A DNA stretch of 63,548 bases, the filler included, from Jimgerdemannia flammicorona (taxonomy: Eukaryota), in assembly GCA_003990765.1 (NCBI GenBank). It is 3 parts of 3 records of this genome, joined end to end, with 100 filler letters (N's around TTAATTAATTAA, not from the genome) between each part and the next. Parts side by side here need not be neighbours in the genome. Positions count along the whole stretch, not along the records: positions 42,437 to 63,548 come from RBNJ01001529.1; 2 more parts are not named here. One strand, 5' to 3'. Positions within the stretch are counted from its first letter, which is position 1. Each line of letters opens with the position of its first letter. The notes under the pieces are model-generated. The model saw only the letters and a list, made by a program, of their open reading frames with translations, did no database searches and had not been told where the DNA came from. Positions 51,301-63,548 of this stretch are shown piece after piece. A program made the translations under genes and the position numbers.

Positions 51301-52558
51301 AGTCATTTCAGTGAATCTCTTGGCAAGTTCCTCCATAGGGTCACTGTTCATTTGCTGCTCTGTAGTTTTTGGCTGAGGTGTGTTTTGAATGATCATTGTA
51401 GTAGGAATCACACTGGTTGCCTTAAGTGTTTCGATTCTAACTCCTGTGACTCTTTTCATTGTATGGTCTTGTGGATATCTGGCTGTCCAATATTGCTGAG
51501 TATAGGTGACCTTCTGTGGCAGATCCAAGACTACTGGTGATGAATGGATGGCCATAGCTATCTTTGGGTGAACTCCTTTCATGAAGGTTGCTTCGGCTAC
51601 TTGATCTCGAATAGTAGTAGTATAATCTGTGAGAATTATTTGATATCGAATTCTGGTATAGAATGTGTTTGAATCCTCACTCATTCCTTGGCATGTTGTG
51701 TTGAGCTGATCCTTCAGAGCTTGCTTGATCTTATCTATATAATATGTATTTTGGAGCCAGGTCTTCTGTGCTGTCAGTATAGCATCAGCACCATTTCCTG
51801 CATGGGTTGCTGCTGTGAATGCTGCTCTGGCAGGACCTCATCGGCTGAAGGGCATGAGGGCTACTTGCTGTGCTGCTTTCAGGGTCCTTACAGCAGCATA
51901 CTGCTCAAAATCATCAATAAAGGTAATGATTGATTCATCTGAGGTATACTCATGGAATACTAGTGGTCTTATATCTATTTTTTCTGAATATTGTGACTCA
52001 GTTTGTATAGTTGCTCAGATAGTAGCAGTTGTTTGTTGTTCAGCTTGAAAGTGAGGGATTCATCTTGAATCATCAGCCAATAGGCACCAAGTTATAACAT
52101 AGTGGATACTTACTCTTGAAAGTACATCAGATTTCTGTATCTTAAATACTTGATCTTCTCTGACTCCTTAGAGTTCTTGGAATATAGGAGTGGATGAGTT
52201 CGAAGTGTATCTGCCTGTGGGCTTACTAGTTCCTTTGCTATCTCTTTGCTTTTGAACTATTTCGATCTGAGGTTTATTCATTCTAAGATACTGGGTTATT
52301 TATACAAGTTTTGCTAACTATAAGGTAGCTAAGTAATGTCTCATTTCACAAGTACTGAATTTTTTAACATCTGCTAAGATTTCACTAATTGCAAAGATTC
52401 TAACATCTTCTAAATCTTTGCAAACATTAAAGTTTCTGCACTTTGCAGAATATGGCTGCTATTTATGAGGCTAAGCTATATTGGGAATCAGATTCAGATA
52501 CTATGATCAAATGTCTAATTTCCCTGTTTCATGTTACTAATTTGGATCAGCCATCACA
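48306..52558 (-). mobile_element. Ty3/gypsy element D (B-related): 5' LTR, gag-PR-Cys module-dUTPase-RT and start of RH; remainder missing
   Basis: RT closely resembles B (KKGSKPGEF.PRLC.DYRKLN, VYVDDIII). Same PBS context (act tggtgcc.attggctg..ttcaagatg). Confidence 0.93.
52093..52558 (-). repeat. 5' LTR of element D (about 466 bp)
   Basis: Starts TGTGATGG on minus and ends just before the PBS. A related copy lies at 57550-57815. Confidence 0.8.
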
Positions 52559-53560
52559 CTATTTTAAGTATAAATATTTTGAGTTTGAGTTAATAAATAT
52601 CACTTATTATAAAAAATAAAAAATCTACAATCAGATAGTTAAGAACTGAGATCAGTATTCAGAAACTATATAAAGCTAATATAATATCTAAACTGAATAA
52701 TTAATGATATATTGAACAACTAATTATATAATCTACCAAATAAATGGTATTGAGATAAACTCTATCAGAAAAACTACTTTTAGATAAGAAGGAGTAAAGA
52801 TTTCTGTAAGTAATATGTACTAAAAGTAACTGAGATACTATAATATATATTATAATAAATAAATAAATATCTATATAACAACTTATAAAGTTTGATATTT
52901 AATAATTCTATAAACTTTTATAGTATATACTTATTAATGATTTATAGATATATCTTAATTTTCTAATTTTAATTATAATATATTTATATCAATATATACC
53001 TTTTTTTATTTATTTGATTGTTTAAATTTAGATTGTTTGACTAAATTAATAGCTTTCATATTCTTATTTTGAATTATTGAAGAAAAAAAGTTTATAATAT
53101 TAAATACTAACTTATATATGTATATTGTAATGCAACTCCGCCTCAGAAGCGCTTACAAGAAATTGGTTTAACGGCGGTGGGGTATCAGATATATTGGAAC
53201 GTGTGCGGTCGGTTTACTAGAAGCGGAGTAGGCACTGGAAATACGTGTACTCGGGTGAGGTACGCGGAATACGGTTGTACTTGGACTTGGGTGAACGGCT
53301 GAATACTGTGGTCTTGGAGCACACGGAATTCGGAATTCGGATAAAGGACACTCGGTTGAGCTAAATTCAGGCGATAGGCGGAAACCTCATAATAATATAG
53401 AGATTCATGGCATAATACTTTAACAACTCTACTCAATCTATTGCATAGGAAAAAACAGACGAGTTATTAGCATAAGATCGTAATAAGCATAGTGCATATT
53501 GTTTATAATGCTGTTTGCACTTTTAAATAAATAATGGTACATGTGTTCCACACAAAATGT

Positions 53561-54094
53561 CTATTCAAAGTCGTGGAATCGGAACTGAAAGCGAATCAAA
53601 CGCATATCGGGATCCTTCGAAGACCAGTACACCGAGGGGTTCGCCTTTGTAATGATGTGGTCCACACTGAGCTGACCCCTATTCACCATTGTCACGAGAT
53701 CCTGCTTAAATCTTTCGAACTCCGCTTCTGACTCGTCAAAGCGCTCATCAACGAAATCCCAGAAAGTTCCCCAGTTCAGCCTCTCGCAATCTCTGCGTTC
53801 TACGGATTTGAGTTTCTTCAACATCTCTTTTCGATTCTTACTGTCCGCGGGGCCTTTTGCCGTGGCCGCCACCAGCCTCTCCGGCTCTGAGTTTGAGAAC
53901 CGCAAATCAAGCACCACGAAGCTGCCCCAACGTCTTCGGTTCTTCACTAGGACTTTGTCGTGGATCATCTGGATGAAGCGCACAATGAACACACCGTACA
54001 CGTGTATCATGGGGTGAAGGCGGGATACTTCATCTTCAGGAGGTTCGCGAGATCGCCGTTTTGAGGCACGACGGTGAGAGAATGTGTTGCCCAT
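53561..54094 (-). CDS. Hypothetical protein, 177 aa, possible N-myristoylation (MGNTFS)
   Basis: ATG-started open frame in a CpG-rich island with protein-like composition. No family recognised. Confidence 0.6.
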   Translation of the reverse strand: MGNTFSHRRASKRRSREPPEDEVSRLHPMIHVYGVFIVRFIQMIHDKVLVKNRRRWGSFVVLDLRFSNSEPERLVAATAKGPADSKNRKEMLKKLKSVERRDCERLNWGTFWDFVDERFDESEAEFERFKQDLVTMVNRGQLSVDHIITKANPSVYWSSKDPDMRLIRFQFRFHDFE

Positions 54095-54209
54095 GCGCTG
54101 GGTGAAATTTTCGCGACTTTATTTATGTCAAAATTTGATTCCAAACTGTTTTGACCATGGCCCACCTTCCTGGTTCTATTTTTCCCTCTATTAATCTTCT
54201 GACCCGATT

Positions 54210-54271
54210 TTTTAAAGGGTTGCATAGCGATTAAAAGCCCTTATCTTTTAAAGAGTTGTATAGCGATTAAA
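54210..54271. repeat. Two 26-bp direct repeats (period 36) upstream of the orphan ORF
   Basis: ttttaaagggttgcatagcgattaaa / ttttaaagagttgtatagcgattaaa. Confidence 0.8.
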
Positions 54272-54829
54272 GGAGGAGACCGGATTTTAGAACGGCATGC
54301 ACGAACTCACAATTTTTGAAGTTGACCACTACTCTTCAGGAATGAAGTAACACCCACTGTGCCATTTGCATCAAGTCAATTGATTTCACTGTCCGCTCAC
54401 ATAACTCGTCATTGTTTTGGTCATTTTGCAGTCCGTCGTCATCATTTTGCAGTCCGTCACGAATGTTTTACAATCTCATTTTGTAAATTTGCCAACCGAC
54501 ATCATCCTTTCATCGGTTATGATTGTTCTGCGATCTATTGTTGCCGTTAGGCAGTTCTTCACCATTTTGCACTCCATCACCATTTTTCCGTTTTGCATTG
54601 TTTTTCTGTCCTCGGCAGTCTGTCGTCGTTGATTTGCCTTGTTTTTCAGTCCATCGGCGTTCATCGGCGTTGTTTTGCAGTCCGTCGTCATTATTTTTAC
54701 CAGAGTATGGCGTCACATTCGGGGTCCATGTTTCCACCACTCCGAAATTCACCATTCCCCCTCCGCAGTCCACCGCAGCCCACAACCGCAGTCCACCATT
54801 CCGAAATTCACCATTCTCACTGCAGTCCA

Positions 54830-54919
54830 CCACTCCGAAATTCACCACTCCGAAATTCACCACTCCGAAATTCACCACTCCGAAATTCACCACTCCGAAA
54901 TTCACCACTCCGAAATTCA
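54830..54919 (+). repeat. Six perfect tandem copies of the 15-mer CCACTCCGAAATTCA, plus two dispersed copies at 54737 and 54796
   Basis: Read directly from the sequence. Confidence 0.97.
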
Positions 54920-57549
54920 CCATTCCCACGGCAGTCCACCATCCAGTCCACGTTCGCTCGTCCAGGCCACGTCCACCCATATAGTCCGCGTTCACTCGTC
55001 CAGTATCCACTTTCGCCCATCCAATCCACGTTCGCTCGTCCAGTCCACCATTATCCCATTGACCTCCGGTGCCGCCCAGTTCACGTGGAATCCATTCTCA
55101 ATTATTGCTCAAATATATTATCTATTCCCTCAAATTACAGTGCATTGAATGTGCTTTATTTAAAAAGTATGTTAATGTAAATATATCAATGTAAATCAAG
55201 CAATATTCTTTTCAATATAATGAAATACCCTTAACCATGGAAGAAAAACATGTTGAAATTAAATTAAAATAAAATAAATATCTATATATTGTGATATAAA
55301 TATGTAAAGCTACTCAACTTAGAAGGAATGATATTATATTCTGTGATAACTACTTTCATATATCATTATTGATAAATTAATATGATAGCTAAATAGTATC
55401 ATCTGATGACTTGGTCTGATTCATTCCCCAACTCTTATAATGTGGATATGTGATCAATAATAGAAGTATAACAAATTGTTACATATCTATAAGCCACTGA
55501 AAATTTCAACAGAAATTCCTATGAAAATTCTTTATAGAAATTCCAACTAGTAGTCATAGTTATCTAAAATAGTATAAATGTATATGAATATATTCAGTGT
55601 ACTATATTTAATCATAGCCTTAAATATGTATAAATACTCTCTATACTGAGTATATTGTAACCTTAGAGAACTTTCAGATCTGACTTATTAATAATTCTGA
55701 GTCTAATTAACTTAAGATATAAGTATAGTAATTCTATCAGTATAAGAACCCAAAAGCAATATCTGGACTCTACTATAATAGATAATTAGAACTCAGTACT
55801 TTCTTGAGAACTTAGAACTTAGAGCCAATAGTTATCATTAACTATTTATAATATATTAATTCTATCAGTATATAGTTTTATTATATAGAAAAAGAAACTA
55901 AAAAAATTTATATAATTCTATTTTAAGCCATTGGTTACATTATTTAAACATTAAAAATTCTCAAGTAGTAGCCTTATAATACTCTTTAAAATAAGTTCTA
56001 TTTATTATACAAACTACTACTCTACTTCTCCAAAGGTTTATATCTTTATAGCTATTAAGAAAACTTACTTCTACTCAGATATCTCTAAGCATCTAAACTT
56101 CTATATTGAGGATCTGGAACATTTATCAACTACTGTCAAATTATTATATAATAACTAAAAAAACTTTTAACTAATTAGTTTTTTAATATAAATATAAAAT
56201 TAATTAAAGACTTTAATATGAAACAAAGAGCAAGACTTTTAAAACCTTATTTAAAAAGAACTTCTAACTATTAGACAAATTAAGAAGACTCTTTAGATCT
56301 ACCAAATCTTATTATATATATTTTCCAAGCTATTGCATATTTTTAAGATATTATTCTTCAAGATATTATATATCTTTTAAAAGAAGATTCAATTAGATAA
56401 CGCAGAAATATATATATTCAACTTTATTAAATATAATTATATTTGAGTTATATAAAATAGAAGATTCTAAATTTACTCTATCAGAATTTTTCACTTCTCT
56501 TCTATAAGATAACTAAAAAGATTATCTTATAAACTTTATAATAATTTTTAAAAGATTATTTATTATTATTGAAATATCAGAAGGAATAACTAAAACTACT
56601 CACTATTTAGTTAGTTACTTATTATACTATATTATATAAAAATTACTTTAAAAGATTTTAGATATTACTTAAAAGAAAAGAGAACTTATTCTAAATATAA
56701 TTCTTCAGAATTATCAATTGAAAAAGAAGAGACTATAAAATTTATTAGTTTTCTATTATTTCTTAATTATTTAAAAATGACAAAAATAATTAATCTAACT
56801 TTTATTTTATTAATACTTAGTCTACTCTTCTATAATTTAAGAAATAAATAGTTAAATTATAGATCTTACTAATTGAAGATTATACCATTTTATTAATACT
56901 GATAAATATTTTTAATCTATATTTAGTTAGTTAATAACTTTATTATTATCAACTACTATTTATAATAAATCTTACTTAATATAATCTAGCTTCTAATAGT
57001 ATTATTTATCAATATTATAACTTATAAATATTTTGTTTAGTTTAATTTTATAAATATTCTAATCTTATTTTTATTGATATTAACTTTACTATTATCAACT
57101 TATTACTATTAGTTATTATTATTAATAACTTTATTATTATTTTTATTAAATAGTCTTACTTAGTAAGAATTATTATACTACAGTTTAGCCTAATTTATAT
57201 AAATAATTCCATAGACTAGAGTTAATAAATCTTAGTTTAATTTACTATAATAAAGTATAAAAAACTTTATAAAATTAAAATGAAGTTTTAGAGAATAAGA
57301 TAACTATATTGAATAATAGATACTTAAAGTTTAATTTAATAAACTTTCTTATTATTATGATGTATAAATAATAGAGTGTAATCAGATAATATAAATATTA
57401 TAGTTATTAGTTTATATTGTGAAATACTTAAGAAGAAAGAAGAGGCAGTATTGTTTATTACTAGTTTATATACTTTTATATATATTGATAATATCTTACA
57501 AAATGATATAGTCAGGCTGCATCACTATATATCAAGTTACTATAACTAA

Positions 57550-57815
57550 TATGATAGTTGATCCAAATTAGGAACAAGAATCAGGAGAATTAGACATTTG
57601 ATTGTAGTACTTAAACTCAATTTCTAAAATAGTATAGTCTCATAAATAGCAGTCATTTCACAAATATGAAGTTTTCACAAATGTTAACTTTTCACAAATG
57701 TCCAGAATTCATACTTGTGAAAAGTGACTCATAATATAGTTATAACTTAGCCATCTTATAGCTAGCAAACTTATATAAATAACTCAGTATCTTAGAGTAA
57801 ATAAACCTCAGATCA
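57550..57815 (+). repeat. Partial LTR related to the element D LTR, cut by LINE copy e
   Basis: Shares gatccaaattag, attagacatttgat, cataaatagcag and aataaacctcagatc with the reverse complement of 52264-52558. Confidence 0.82.
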
Positions 57816-60800
57816 ATACCATTCACATTACACATACTCTTACAACATACTTTCAAGCTATTTATTGAAGAAAGGTACTAAGATCATAGCAACTGATGAG
57901 TAAGCTAACATGCATACTAGGTCAGATGGATCTGGGGGCCTTCAACTGGCAATATGTTGAATGAGGGTATGGATTAGGGATTGGCTCTTTTGGTGGTCCA
58001 AGTGGGTAGGATAGCTTGGGCAGTAGAAGTGACACTAGTGGAGGGACAGGAGGGCAGAGGGGAAGAAGCTTCGCTGAAATGCTAAAGAGTGGAGAATGGT
58101 CTGTTGGATCTCAGAGAGGTCAGGCAGGAGAGAAGGGAAAGCAGAGAGAAGAGAAAGCAGGGAGTTCAGCCTCTAGGCTGGGAGGTGGAAGGGCTGGTAT
58201 TGCAGCAGCTGGGAGACTGCTAATGGTGGTGTGACTGGGAATCTGGAAAAAAATCCAGATATAACTGCTGATGGAAGAGCTGGGCTGATGAGACCAAAGA
58301 GGAAGGGGGACCTGGCTAATGGTGTGATGGGGCTGGCAGTGGCACTATTACTAAAGAAGTTAATCTTGGAGTTTGTGGCAACCTTGTACTTCTGGGGCTT
58401 AGCAGTGGCTACAAGAATAGTCCTGGAGATTATCTCAAAGTAAGTGGTAGGAGCTGCCTCAGTAAAGTTCCTGAAGGGACTAGAGAGAGTTAAAGTGGGT
58501 TTTGAGGAGACAGGCCCACTGGAAGAAGCATTGAAGAATGGCATAGCTGTAGGTGAGGTAGTGGTCCCCATGGTGTACTATCTGAGGTGAGACCCCAGAG
58601 TAGTTCAGTTGCTGGTGAAGGAGGTATCTATGGTGATGACAGTTGAGACAAGGAGGAGGGTTGAGGAGGTAATTTTGGAATATAGTGAGGTGGTAGATAT
58701 TGGATTCCAGATGTGGGAGAGGACCACTTTCAGAACTAGAGATATGGATGTTAGGGTTTGGCTGGCTGAGAGAGAGGCCATAGGAAAAGGCAAGTGATTG
58801 GCCTTCAGTAATATTGTTGGGGGTCTTCATTTGTAAGGTATCAAGAGTAAAAGGGAGTGAGGAGGAGGAGGAGAATCTGTTGGAGATACTGGAGGAGATA
58901 AGTGAAGTAGTGGAGCAGAGGACAAAGGCATAGAAGATATATATAGAGTCAACACATTTGGATATTGTGGATGGGAAACATATTTGCACTGATAAGAGAT
59001 AGTGGGAGAGGGCTCAAGGGCACAAGAGGCAGAGGGAGTTATTGACAAGCATGGCTAGAGGGGCAAAGAAGAATGCTGGTGGTACTAAGGAGTCTGGGGG
59101 AGCCAAAGCAAGTGTCTGAGCTAGTAAGGGAGGAGGGGAGGTGGAGGAGAGCCTAAATGGGGCTGGAAAGATGCTGTACAATGACCCTTATGTAGATGGT
59201 ATGTTTGAGGTCTGGGAACAAGTCTTGGAGGACACTCTCCCCCTTATCAGGAGGGGTCCAGCAGTGAAGAGTAGGGTGGCAGAGGATATGCTAATGTGCA
59301 GTACCCAGAGAGTACACTTTGGAGTTTCTGATATGGTAAAAAGGGGACACATGGTGGCAGTTGGTGAAGATGAGCTGGTGGATATTCCAGAGGAGGAGTG
59401 GGATGAGACTGTGAGTGTAGGAGCAGATACCACAATGCTGGATGCTGAAAGGCCAGCAATACCAGGAGGGAAGGAGGTAGAGAACCTACTGTGGATGTGC
59501 AGGATGATGAACAACTTTGTAGCTAAGGAGTTGGGAGAAGTGGACCTGAGAGTGATGAGCAAGGAGCATTGGGCACAGATCTTGCATAGTGATAGAGTAG
59601 TGGTAGCATTGAAGGTAGAGATGCTTGCAATTCTTCTGGAGGAGGAGGGGTATGAGATTGATAAGGAAAGGGAAGCTGAGCTGACAGTTGTTGCTGGTAA
59701 GCAGGATACCTTCTGTTAGGCAGAGTGTTATGGTCTGAAACTCTGACAAGAGGCCTGTCTGGAGTATTGTGAGAATTTTGAGGAGAAGAAGAATAGAGAG
59801 ATGGCTGAACTTCTGGTGGATGTGGAGGCAAAGAAGACTGAAGAGGAGAAATTGGCTGCTGAATATAACTTGGACTTGGTACAGGAGAAGAGGAATGTAG
59901 ATTTGTAGAGGATGAACAGGATTATATTTCTAAATATTATTCTCAATGAACAGTATAACTAACATTTTTTCTCTGAATGTGAATGGGTTACAGAAATCTG
60001 GGCAGTATAAGAACATTTTCACTTGGCTTTAGGGATTGGAGGCTGATCTCTTTCTGCTGCAGGATATATGTTGTGAGAATGAGGAGGATTAAGTGGAGTG
60101 GACTAGGGAATGGAGAGGAGCTACAGCTTGGATTGGCAAAGTGGCAATTATGGTGCAGAGTGGTAGAGGGGATTTAGATGGAATCAGGAGCTGGGGAGAC
60201 TGTTTGGTGTAGAGAGAATGGCATCGACCTAGGTGAGAGCTAGTGAGAGTTAGCTTCTGCTACTGCTCAGCAGCTAGGAGTGAGCAGATTGTATAGATTA
60301 AGGGTCTGTTAGAAGAGGGTGTTCTTTTGGAGAAGAGAGTAGATATTCTGGAAGGGGACTTTAATATGGTGCAGAATCTTCAGTTAGATAAAACTGATAG
60401 AGAGAGAAGTACTGGTAGAAAGAGTGGTGGCCTGAATGCATGGGAGGAGATAGAGACTCTTAGCTCCTTAGAGAATATAGACAGAATACAGTAGGGAGAA
60501 AAAAGGATCTACACATACTGGATGAATGGACTAGGTATAAGGATTGACTGGATCCTGATAGCTGAATACTGGGACATTGATATTTGGAAGACTCTGGAGG
60601 TAGAGTAGTACTCATGGTCAGATCACTGAGGTCTATTAAGGCAGGGGCAGTTTGGGGGGAGTGGAGATAGACCTGGTCATTGGTGCCTTAACTCCTCTCT
60701 GCTGGCTGAGAAGGTATTGTGGGACCCATGGACAGAGGACATCCAAGCAAAGATTGTTAGCTGGATATATGAGGGTTCACCAGTGGGTATCTATTGGATA

Positions 60801-63548
60801 AAGTTGAAAGAGACTGGCAAGGTTTACTGGAGAGGGGCTGGTAGGAATGCTGGGAGGTAGAGAAGAAAAAAGATGAGGTGTGCTTCAAATAGGTTGGCTA
60901 GGTTGCAGATAGAATGGGCAGATTTGATAAATTCTAGAGAGATGGATGATTGAAGGTTAATGCAAGCAAAGTTGGAGGTGGTGGAGCTGCAACAGATACT
61001 AAGAGAGAAGGAGGAGATATGTATGAAAGAAATAGTGACTAGGCTGAGATAGCAGGGACTTGAGAAGGGGGAGAGGCCTACTAGGTACTTGTCAAGGCTC
61101 CTCTAGGCTAGAAGGGTGCAATATTGATGGGATGGAGTCCTTGATGCCAAGGGGAAAATGGTACATAGCACATAACAGATTTTGGGATTACTGAAGGAAC
61201 AGTGGAGAGGTCTGTAGAGTGAGGAGGAAGGGGGTACTGATGCAGAGGAAATCAGAGACATGCTGGAGGATTGGAAACCACTACAAGTAGAGAGCCTTGG
61301 AGACTTGATCCTACCAGTCTAAGAGAAGGAGATCCAGAGAATCCTTGTAGCAACTAAGCTTGAGACAGCACCAGGAGAGGATGGGCTCTCTTGGGACTTT
61401 TAAAAGAAGATGGAAAAGGTCCCTGGGGTATTAGGGGAGATGACAGCCCTCTGTGACCTTGTTCTTCTAAATGGTGAGTGGGTTGAAGAGCAGAACTTAG
61501 GACTGGTGGCCTTGTTGTATAAGGACAGGGAAAGGAGGGAGGACTGGAAGAACTGGAGACCAATCATGCTTCTAGATATGGACAGGAAGATGGTGACTAA
61601 GGTGATTATCATGAGGTTATAGAAGGTTGCCCAACAGGTGCTGGGTGAGGAGCAGCAGGGCTTTGTTGGAGGCAGACTTATCAGAGATGGGACAGCCTGG
61701 GTTTATGGCATCATTGAAGGGGTATGGGCTAGTGGGTTGGATGGGAGACTGGTCTTTTTGGACCAGGAGAAGGCCCATGACCATATTTGGCAGGTGTGGC
61801 TGGGCAAGGTGCTAGATAGAATTAGTGTTCCCCTATAATTTTGAGCTTCTATATTAAATCTGTTAGAGAGCAGTAGGGTGGCACTGATGTGTAATGATCA
61901 CTAGGGTCTGGCATTTCCCTTGAGGAGAGGGGTTCCTCAGGGAGATCCACTGTCTTCTATTCTTTATGCCCTTTCATTAGAACCTTTGATAGATAGAATT
62001 CAATAGAGAGTAGCAGGACTCTCTATCTATAGTATAGTGTAGAAGGTGGGGGCCTTTGTGGATGACATGGTGGTTGGACTTGGTTCAGTGGCAGATGTTG
62101 AGGCACTTAAGAAGACAGTGGAATGGTATGAGATATACTCTAGAGCTGGCATAAGTATGAGATGATGGTGCTGGGAAATGGGCTAGTAGGAGGAGATATC
62201 ATTGGAACAATTGTCCCAATAGGAGAGGTAGTGTGGTATTTGGGCATCTTCTTTTCAGTATATGGATCTGTCTTGCCATAAGTATGATGGGAGAGGAGAG
62301 TGGCCATCTAGGGGGAGGCTCTTAGAGGTTGGGGAGGTCACTATATCTCCCTGATGGGCTGGGTTTCAATTCTAAATGTCTACTGGTTTCCCAAGCTTTG
62401 GTATATTGCTTATTACCTAGATTTTCCAGCTTAGGTGGTGAAGAGACTGATGAAACTGACTAGAGATTGGATTTTGGCAGAGAGGCAGTCCCAGATCAGT
62501 TGGGATACTCTTACAATGCTAGTGGTTTGTGGGGGGCTAGGACTGGTGGATTTTCCTAAGAGGCTGCACTGTCTGAGAGCTTGGTGGTTGAAACAGGCTA
62601 TTGAACTGTGAGGAGAGGGATGGGTGCTACTGATGCAGAAGGTTTAGGAGATGAGATTCTCTCCATGAGGATCCTTGGGAGAATTGCTATCTCTGGTGGA
62701 TCTGGGTGAAAGCTGATGACTATGGTATAAAGACTTCTGGTGGGGGTGGTGGAAGGTGTACACTGTATTGGTCTGTATTGGCTTAGCAATGAGGAAGAGA
62801 TGCTGTGGAGACCAGCTATGTGGAGATGAGACAGACTGCTTTTGGGGGGTACTCTACTTGCTGAGTTTGATATTAGTGATAGAGTGGAGTGTCAGTGAGG
62901 ACTTGGTCAGGATCTTTGGCCAAGCAGTTGGCAGGTAGTGAGAATTGGACTAGGCAGAAGTCTGGTCATAGAGTGCTGAGGTGGCTTCCTCCCAAGTTCT
63001 GAGTAGTATGATGGCAGATGCTTCAGAGGAATGTCATGTTGAATTTCTATGCTGGACATCTAGTTGATGGTAGACAATTAGAGTGTGAGGAGTGTTATAA
63101 TATAGGATAAGTTGGGAGATTTGTGCAGATGCCAGAGCATTGGCTGGGAGAGTATGAGGTTCTGGGGGACTTTTGAATAGCAGTAGGAGATCAGCTAGAT
63201 GTAGAGAGGAGGCCAGATAGGGTGAGAGATCACTGGAAGGATTTGAAATCTATATTGGTAGATGGTGTGGGCAATAAATGACTCACTATAGAGTGGGTTA
63301 TAGCTGTATTGGTAGGGCTGGCTAGATATTGACTTTTTGTTTTAAAGGAGGGGTAATAGCTAGGACTGCAGAAGAGATTGTTAAGATAGGAGGGATTGAT
63401 GGGAGATTTGCTGACAGAGTGGTGGATTTGTTGGGGTCTCCAGGTTGGGTGCTGTCACTGTCTGGTGGAAGGGATCTGTGAATAGAGTAGTGGGTGAGTG
63501 GTGATGGTTAATGACCTAGTGGTCTTTAATAGAGAGGGTGTGGGGGGG
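57816..63548 (+). mobile_element. LINE copy e (ORF1 about 57886-59908; ORF2 from 59946), runs off the window end
   Basis: Same ORF1, APE and RT motifs (WRPIMLLDMDRK, FLDQEKAHD, AFVDDM). Confidence 0.93.

Noticed and set aside
54737..54919. CRISPR array or repeat protein (SEIHH / VNFGV / TTPKF ORFs)
   Set aside because: Contiguous 15-bp tandem units with no spacers and no cas genes. The frames are open only because the unit is a stop-free multiple of three.

Overview
Eukaryotic DNA, probably fungal. Short GT-AG introns and an F-box/LRR gene suggest an early-diverging lineage such as Mucoromycota, but that is inference. Two small CpG-rich gene islands sit in a nested pile of CpG-depleted, C>T-decayed transposons. 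The first island (about 0.7-3.8 kb) holds a 4-exon bacterial-type ketopantoate reductase and a divergent F-box/LRR gene. The second (about 53.1-55.1 kb) holds an orphan 177-aa ORF. The transposons are four dUTPase-carrying Ty3/gypsy elements (A 5068-11156 on -, B 11429-20201 on +, C 22298-28651 on +, D 48306-52558 on -), five L1/Tx1-like LINE copies, and a poly(A)-tailed element split by A and B. Two artificial 100-nt gap linkers are also present. Element B is the most unusual. Its 1535-bp LTRs each carry a 278-codon gene with its own TATA box. Its integrase looks like a separate ORF whose start overlaps the RNase H stop, and a possible further ORF follows via an ATGA overlap. It also shares an unrecognised C-x-H-x12-C-x2-C module with C and D, and protease and dUTPase flank that module in opposite orders in B/D and C.
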